Shown in pieces: positions 58,741-64,000 of a stretch of 64,000 nt of DNA. Origin of the DNA: Candidatus Poribacteria bacterium (GTDB lineage: Bacteria; Poribacteria; WGA-4E; WGA-3G); assembly GCA_965215265.1 (NCBI GenBank), contig OZ244048.1, positions 1,792,001 through 1,856,000 on the forward strand, given 5' to 3'. Under the pieces are notes generated by a model that did not search any database, was not told the DNA's origin, and worked only from the letters and a program-made list of their open reading frames with translations. Numbering within the stretch: the stretch's first letter is position 1; every line of letters starts with the position of its first letter. The translations under genes were made by a program, and so were the position numbers.

Positions 58741-60028
58741 TACGCAAAATACGCTTTTTGATGACTCTTATGAACGGCGCAAAAAACCGCTGCTGTTGCA
58801 GACATTGGAGCGACTCCGTCCCATCTATAGTCAGGCAGAACTGAATGTCTTACGTATAGATAGTACGAGTCGTGAGGTTTTGTCGCAACGTTCCGGCCGT
58901 GGGTTTGTCAATCGTGATATTCTTGAAACGGTGCTTGGCAATTTGTTAGAGTGTGTGGCACCGGGTTCGCATAACGCACCGCATCTGCATCACGAAAAGC
59001 AGGGATTTGCGGCAGCGATTGAAGAAGTAGCCGATCAGTTGTACGCCATGGTCGCGCAATCGTTTTTGGCAGTAGCAGATGAAACGCGACTTGATGAGGC
59101 ACTTGAGACAGCGTTTGCCTTACTGTGGGAATTGCCGCGTCTAAAGAACCGTGCACTTTGGAATCGTTTTGCCTCGCTCAAAGATCCGGCTGTTTGGGAT
59201 GCATATCTGCTCCATACGGGCATTTCTCGGGAAAAACTGGCTGCACTTGATTTTCGTTCACAAGTCGACCTGGCGATTCAGGAGCGGACATTTGAACCTT
59301 ATCAAGATTATCTTGCGACACTGAACCTTGCTTCGGTTTTGGACTATCAATTACAGCTGGTTATTAGTACCTACCCCGGTTGGCGCGTGCTGTTTTATCA
59401 CGATGTCGCACATGCTTTGACACGAAGCGGTCCGGCTACTGACAATGCCGACTCTTCTGGGGAAACTATCCAGCGTGTGCCTGTGCCACTACTACCGCGT
59501 GCCATTTCAGAACTCGGTGGACGTTACTATCAAGCAGACCTTCATCCTGAAACACAAATAGGCGATGCAAATCTGCTTGAACATCCGCACCGCGGTGTGA
59601 CAACCGGGCAAACCGGCATTATTGGTTCCGGATGTGTTATCTATCCTTGCACTCTAGGCGGATTGAGCGTCAAAGTTAAGCAGCGACATCCTGCCATCGG
59701 TGATTTCGTTGAAATTGGAACGGACACCAGCCTGCTCGGCCCAGTTCAGATCGGCGAACGCTGCACGGTCGGTACTAACACCGAGATCTATGGGTTTGTT
59801 GAAATTGAGCAGCACTGCCGGATTGGTTCGTCTGTTGTTATTGGTACTATTCGCGGTGCCGCAGAAACCCCCGGTAAAATTTATATCGGAGAAAGGGTTC
59901 GTATAGGTGATGGAACGATCATTGAGAATACCTCAGAAATGGATCTGATTATACCGAACCGGTCGCAGATCCCCGCACGGAGTCACGTGGCGAACGACGG
60001 TTTTGGGTTCCCTCAATATATTAGATAG
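58730..60028 (+). CDS. Hexapeptide-repeat (serine O-acetyltransferase-like) protein with long N-terminal extension
   Basis: ADLHPETQIG...EHPHRG...TLGG...RHPAIGDFVEIG; probable TTG start overlapping the upstream stop (ORF track 58649). Confidence 0.72.
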   Translation: METDTQNTLFDDSYERRKKPLLLQTLERLRPIYSQAELNVLRIDSTSREVLSQRSGRGFVNRDILETVLGNLLECVAPGSHNAPHLHHEKQGFAAAIEEVADQLYAMVAQSFLAVADETRLDEALETAFALLWELPRLKNRALWNRFASLKDPAVWDAYLLHTGISREKLAALDFRSQVDLAIQERTFEPYQDYLATLNLASVLDYQLQLVISTYPGWRVLFYHDVAHALTRSGPATDNADSSGETIQRVPVPLLPRAISELGGRYYQADLHPETQIGDANLLEHPHRGVTTGQTGIIGSGCVIYPCTLGGLSVKVKQRHPAIGDFVEIGTDTSLLGPVQIGERCTVGTNTEIYGFVEIEQHCRIGSSVVIGTIRGAAETPGKIYIGERVRIGDGTIIENTSEMDLIIPNRSQIPARSHVANDGFGFPQYIR

Positions 60029-60079
60029 TTCCACGGCAGCTTAAACAAAAACTTATGATGTAGAACCTTACAAAAAAAA

Positions 60080-61651
60080 ATGAAAAAGATTCAACGTGCT
60101 TTAATCAGTGTCTATGACAAGACCAGTCTCTTAGAAATAGCGAGGGCACTCGCACAACGTGGTGTTGAAATTCTTTCCACGGGCGGGACAGCTCAACATC
60201 TACGTGGTGGTGGGATTGATATCGTTGATGTCTCGGACTACACGGGTTTCCCGGAATTGTTGTCCGGTCGCGTCAAGACACTCCATCCGAAAATTCACGG
60301 TGGGCTCCTAGCGGAATGGGATAATCCGGAGCACCGCACGCAAACCGAGGCAAACGCCATACAACCGATTGAACTCGTGATATGCAATCTATACCCATTT
60401 GAAGAGACGGTTGCCAAACCGGATGTCACACGTGCAGAGGCGATTGAGAATATTGATATCGGTGGACCGACAATGATTCGCGCCGCTGCGAAGAACTACC
60501 GTCACATCGGGGTACTGACAGACGTAAGCGACTACCCCCGGATTATATCCGAACTTGCCGCCAATAACGGCTGCCTTTCAGAGCAGACCCGGTTTGAACT
60601 AGCAAAAACCGCGTTTGCGCAGACTGCGCGTTACGACAGCGCGATTGCAACTTATTTCGCTGGCCCAGCCTCGGATGCAGAAAGTGACGCATTTGGAGAT
60701 GTGCTGACGCTGCGTTTTAAAAAGGCGAGTTCACTCCGGTATGGGGAAAACCCGCATCAACACGCTGCGTTCTATCGGACTGAAAGTGCACCGGGGCCCT
60801 GTGCTGCATGGGCAAATCAACTGAGTGGTCAGCCGTTGTCGTTCAATAATCTGCTTGATTTAGAAGCCGCTCTGGAAATTGTGAGGGATTTTAGACAACC
60901 GGCCTGCGCCATCATCAAACATAATAACCCGTGTGGACTTGCGGTTGCTGAGACACCACGTGAGGCGTTCACCAATGCCCTGGAATGCGACAGGGTTTCC
61001 GCTTTCGGTTCGGTGGTAGGTTTCAACCGTAAGGTCACAATTCAGACTGCGAATACACTGCGCGATGCAGCGAAGAGTGGTGTTAAAATTGATGCAATTA
61101 TTGCCCCGAACTACACTGAAAAAGCGCTGCAGGCACTCTCTCGCGTCAAACGTCGTCCAATTTTAGAGACAGGTTCGCTACACGGGACGGAACCGGGCTT
61201 TCAAGTTCGGAACCTCAATGGCGGCGTGCTTCTTCAAGAACCTGATCTACACGAGATGCAGGCTGACGCACTGACAGTCGTCACCACACGCGAGCCTACG
61301 GACGTGGAAGTTGAATCACTGCTTTTTGCGTGGCAGGCATGTAAGCACGTCAAATCCAACTGCATCCTACTTGCACAAGGCACGCAAACCGTAGGTATCG
61401 GTGCAGGACAGATGAGTCGTGTTGATTCTGCTATCATTGCTGTCCGGAAGGCCGGTGAGAAGGTGAAGGGTGCTGTATTGGCATCGGATGCGTATTTCCC
61501 ATTTCCGGACGGCATCGCCATAGCCGGTGACGCAGGCATCCGTGCTATCATCCAACCCGGCGGTTCCGTGAACGATGAAACTGTGATTGAGACTGCGGAT
61601 GCTTACGGGATGGCCATGGTTTTCACCGGAGTCAGGCATTTCCGGCACTAA
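60080..61651 (+). CDS. purH: Bifunctional AICAR transformylase/IMP cyclohydrolase
   Basis: RALISVYDKT, GRVKTLHP, IDIGGP, LRYGENPHQ, KHNNPCG, GQMSRVD, RHFRH. Confidence 0.97.
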   Translation: MKKIQRALISVYDKTSLLEIARALAQRGVEILSTGGTAQHLRGGGIDIVDVSDYTGFPELLSGRVKTLHPKIHGGLLAEWDNPEHRTQTEANAIQPIELVICNLYPFEETVAKPDVTRAEAIENIDIGGPTMIRAAAKNYRHIGVLTDVSDYPRIISELAANNGCLSEQTRFELAKTAFAQTARYDSAIATYFAGPASDAESDAFGDVLTLRFKKASSLRYGENPHQHAAFYRTESAPGPCAAWANQLSGQPLSFNNLLDLEAALEIVRDFRQPACAIIKHNNPCGLAVAETPREAFTNALECDRVSAFGSVVGFNRKVTIQTANTLRDAAKSGVKIDAIIAPNYTEKALQALSRVKRRPILETGSLHGTEPGFQVRNLNGGVLLQEPDLHEMQADALTVVTTREPTDVEVESLLFAWQACKHVKSNCILLAQGTQTVGIGAGQMSRVDSAIIAVRKAGEKVKGAVLASDAYFPFPDGIAIAGDAGIRAIIQPGGSVNDETVIETADAYGMAMVFTGVRHFRH

Positions 61652-61992
61652 GATTGGTGTTATACCAAATGAATTGAACGAGTCCCGGACCTCTCCGCTA
61701 GCGGAGAAGAGGGGAAACGTAGGCGCGTACTATAAACGGATTGCTCCGCCCAGTGGGTGACGAGTAAAAGGTAATCTTGCCATGAGACAAAGAATACCTA
61801 TCTCGCCGCTGGCGCGGCGAAGAATCACGAATTACAACATGGGCGGTTGCTTTCGCGGGCTGCCCGTATTTTGTTATGTATCTAAAGAGGTTCTCTAGAC
61901 CTAAGACGGCTCTGGCGAGATTTGTGCTAGGGTGTTAGCTACATACGGCGTTATTATGCTACTGTAGACGAATAATAGACAAAAAGAAATAC

Positions 61993-62021
61993 TTGACAAT
62001 TCCGTGCAAATTCCTTAAAAT
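61993..62021 (+). promoter_or_regulatory. Sigma70-type promoter upstream of ggt
   Basis: TTGACA-17 bp-TAAAAT. Confidence 0.7.
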
Positions 62022-62081
62022 TCCTGAAATTATACTAAATTAACCGGAGTAGCGTTGTTTTGAGGCGTGCTCAGGGGCTGA

Positions 62082-62320
62082 TTTTTCGTATATCTCCGTA
62101 CCATCACCGCTTATGCTTTTGATGGTTCGTGTGTAAATCTCGTCGGAGATGACTTAGGGAATGTCTTTAAAAATCAAAACATCAAAAGGCTCCCAGTAGA
62201 TGGCAGGTAAAAGGTATTCTTTTTTTGTCCATGAGAAAAGATAACCTATCCTGCCACTGACGAGATTTGTAAAGTTATTAACCTAGCAGCAGCCTTGTAT
62301 CGGGCTCCTGTAGACGAAAG
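62082..62320 (-). repeat. Full family-A element with nested family-B (62201-62256), in the probable ggt leader
   Basis: tttttcgtatatctccgtacc...aaatctcgtcggag...[tggcagg...cctgcca]ctgacgagattt...gggctcctgtagacgaaa. Confidence 0.88.
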
Positions 62321-62378
62321 AACGAAAAATGGACTCATTACCGTCATTTGGTGTGAGTTTTGTTGAAAGGAATCCACT

Positions 62379-63977
62379 ATGAATTGGACGCAAAGAGACT
62401 ACGGTACTGTCGTCGGACCGCATCCTCGGACTGCAAAGGCGGGGATGGAGATGCTGCTTGCCGGTGGAAACGCCGTGGATGCCGCCGTCGCTGCCGGATT
62501 TGCCGAAGGGGTTGTTGAGCCTTCACACAACGGTATCGCCGGGTATGGTGGGTGTATGCTCATCTACCGTAAGAAGACACAAGATGTCGTGGCGTTAGAC
62601 TACAATACAGCAGCCCCCGCGGCGGCTTCAGCAGACATGTTTCCGATTCAAGATGCCGACGTGCCTGCCGGATATCGAGTACCAGGCCGCATAAACGTCC
62701 ACGGACCTCTGTCCATCGGGGTCCCGGGGGTTGTTGCAGGGTTGTGTTTAGCATTGGAAAAGTTTGGAACGATGCCTCTGATGGATGTCATTCGTCCAGC
62801 TATTAATTCAGCACGTTATGGCTACGCGCCTAACAGTGCGAATCGCGGGGGCATGGCAGGAAATGCCGAACGGTGGAAGCGAGAATTCCTTTCCACCGCA
62901 CGCGTTTTTTTGAAAAATGGTAGAGCCCCGAAAAAAGGGGAAACCCTGACTAATCCTGAACTCGCGACAACTTTAGATGCTATTGCAGAAGGCGGAGCCC
63001 CTGCATTCTATGAAGGAGAAATCGCAGAAACGATTGCGAACTATATTCAGGAGATAGGCGGCTGCTTAACCGTCGCGGATCTGAAGGCTTATCGTCCATT
63101 TATTACGGAACCTTATCAAATCGCTTATCGGGGTTATACGGTGTATACTGCTCCGCTTGGGGCAGGTGGACTGACAACCTTACAGATGCTCCGTTTGGTC
63201 GAGCATTTTGATGTGGCACGGATGCCCCTATCGGAACGGTTCCACCTATTCGCCGAAGCGATGAAGGTTTGTTGGCCAGAACGACTTCGGCGATTCGGCG
63301 ATCCAGATTTTGTTGATATAGACATCACCGCGGCACTCTCGGATAGTTTCACTGCCGGGCTTCGCGAAAAGTTGAAGACTGGCCTTGCTTCGCCACAGCG
63401 CGGTGAGGTTGTCTACCATGAACCTATGAATTGCACCAGTCATATCTCTACAGCGGATGCAGAAGGAAATATGGTATCGTTGACGCAGACGCACGGTGGT
63501 GGATTCGGTTCAATGGTGACGGTGCCGGGTACAGGGTTGCTGTTTGGGCATGGTGTTGGCCGGTTTGAACCGCGCCCGGGCTACGCTAACTCAATCGCCG
63601 CCGGTAAACGTCCGCTTCACAATATGGGTCCGTGCCTCGCACTGAAAGATGGAGCACCTTTCGCTACCTATGGCATCCCCGGAGGACGCACGATTCCGAA
63701 TAACCAATTGAATCTTAGCGTTAGCCTAATTGACTTAGGGACAACGATTCAGGAGGCGTTAGCTGCGCCACGTCTGCATACCGATGGGGCAGAACCGATT
63801 CAGGTGGAATCTCGTGCCGGTGAACAGACACTCAATGCACTGCGTGGGCTCGGGCATGAAGTCACGGAAAGCGCGGGTATCGGAGGTCCAGGGCACGGCA
63901 TTGTTGTTTCGGAAGATGGAACATGCCACGCCGGCGGGACAGATCCGCGCGGTGAAGGCCGCGTGATGGCGCGTTAA
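62379..63977 (+). CDS. ggt: Gamma-glutamyltransferase family protein
   Basis: GGNAVDAAVA, GVPG, TSHIS (Ntn nucleophile Thr), SLTQT, GKRP, PRLH, DPRGEG. Confidence 0.9.
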   Translation: MNWTQRDYGTVVGPHPRTAKAGMEMLLAGGNAVDAAVAAGFAEGVVEPSHNGIAGYGGCMLIYRKKTQDVVALDYNTAAPAAASADMFPIQDADVPAGYRVPGRINVHGPLSIGVPGVVAGLCLALEKFGTMPLMDVIRPAINSARYGYAPNSANRGGMAGNAERWKREFLSTARVFLKNGRAPKKGETLTNPELATTLDAIAEGGAPAFYEGEIAETIANYIQEIGGCLTVADLKAYRPFITEPYQIAYRGYTVYTAPLGAGGLTTLQMLRLVEHFDVARMPLSERFHLFAEAMKVCWPERLRRFGDPDFVDIDITAALSDSFTAGLREKLKTGLASPQRGEVVYHEPMNCTSHISTADAEGNMVSLTQTHGGGFGSMVTVPGTGLLFGHGVGRFEPRPGYANSIAAGKRPLHNMGPCLALKDGAPFATYGIPGGRTIPNNQLNLSVSLIDLGTTIQEALAAPRLHTDGAEPIQVESRAGEQTLNALRGLGHEVTESAGIGGPGHGIVVSEDGTCHAGGTDPRGEGRVMAR

Positions 63978-64000
63978 TTCATGAAGTTATATCAATGGCG

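Noticed and set aside
13371-62320. CRISPR array interpretation of the recurrent palindromes
   Set aside because: Copies are dispersed, degenerate and variable in length, with no regular repeat-spacer period and no cas genes
1-64000. A complete DGR (reverse transcriptase, template repeat, Avd) in the window
   Set aside because: No RT motifs in any ORF and no non-coding AAC-rich copy of the VR was seen; only the target side is supported

Overview
Bacterial chromosomal window of roughly 50% GC. Lineage-typical C-terminal motifs (LLANYPNPFNPETWIPY and V[DE]PxxKLAxxWGxLK), dockerin-like, LamG and WD40 proteins and a UBact locus suggest Candidatus Poribacteria (inference). Main contents: (1) a secreted dockerin-like protein with three tandem FGE-sulfatase/C-type-lectin domains whose 3' ends carry the adenine-specific divergence, pyrimidine tail and 8-bp/4-nt hairpin of a diversity-generating-retroelement (DGR) target. 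No reverse transcriptase or template repeat is in the window, and the gene sits beside a stand-alone sorting-domain gene. (2) A duplicated cassette of Cys-rich peptide / WD40 / WD40 / MacB-like permease genes ending in an STT3/AglB-like fragment, with homogenised junctions. (3) A complete UBact-proteasome locus (arc-dop-ubact-prcB-prcA-pafA), then an orphan DNA methyltransferase and a frameshifted tricorn protease. (4) Two nested families of palindromic repeats filling most intergenic gaps; one family is inserted in frame twice in an S8 peptidase and supplies gene ends. (5) An IS982-like remnant plus metabolic and housekeeping genes (ackA, purH, ggt, acyl-CoA ligase, oxidoreductases, serine hydrolases). 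No rRNA, tRNA or CRISPR array was recognised. All alignments and counts were done by eye.
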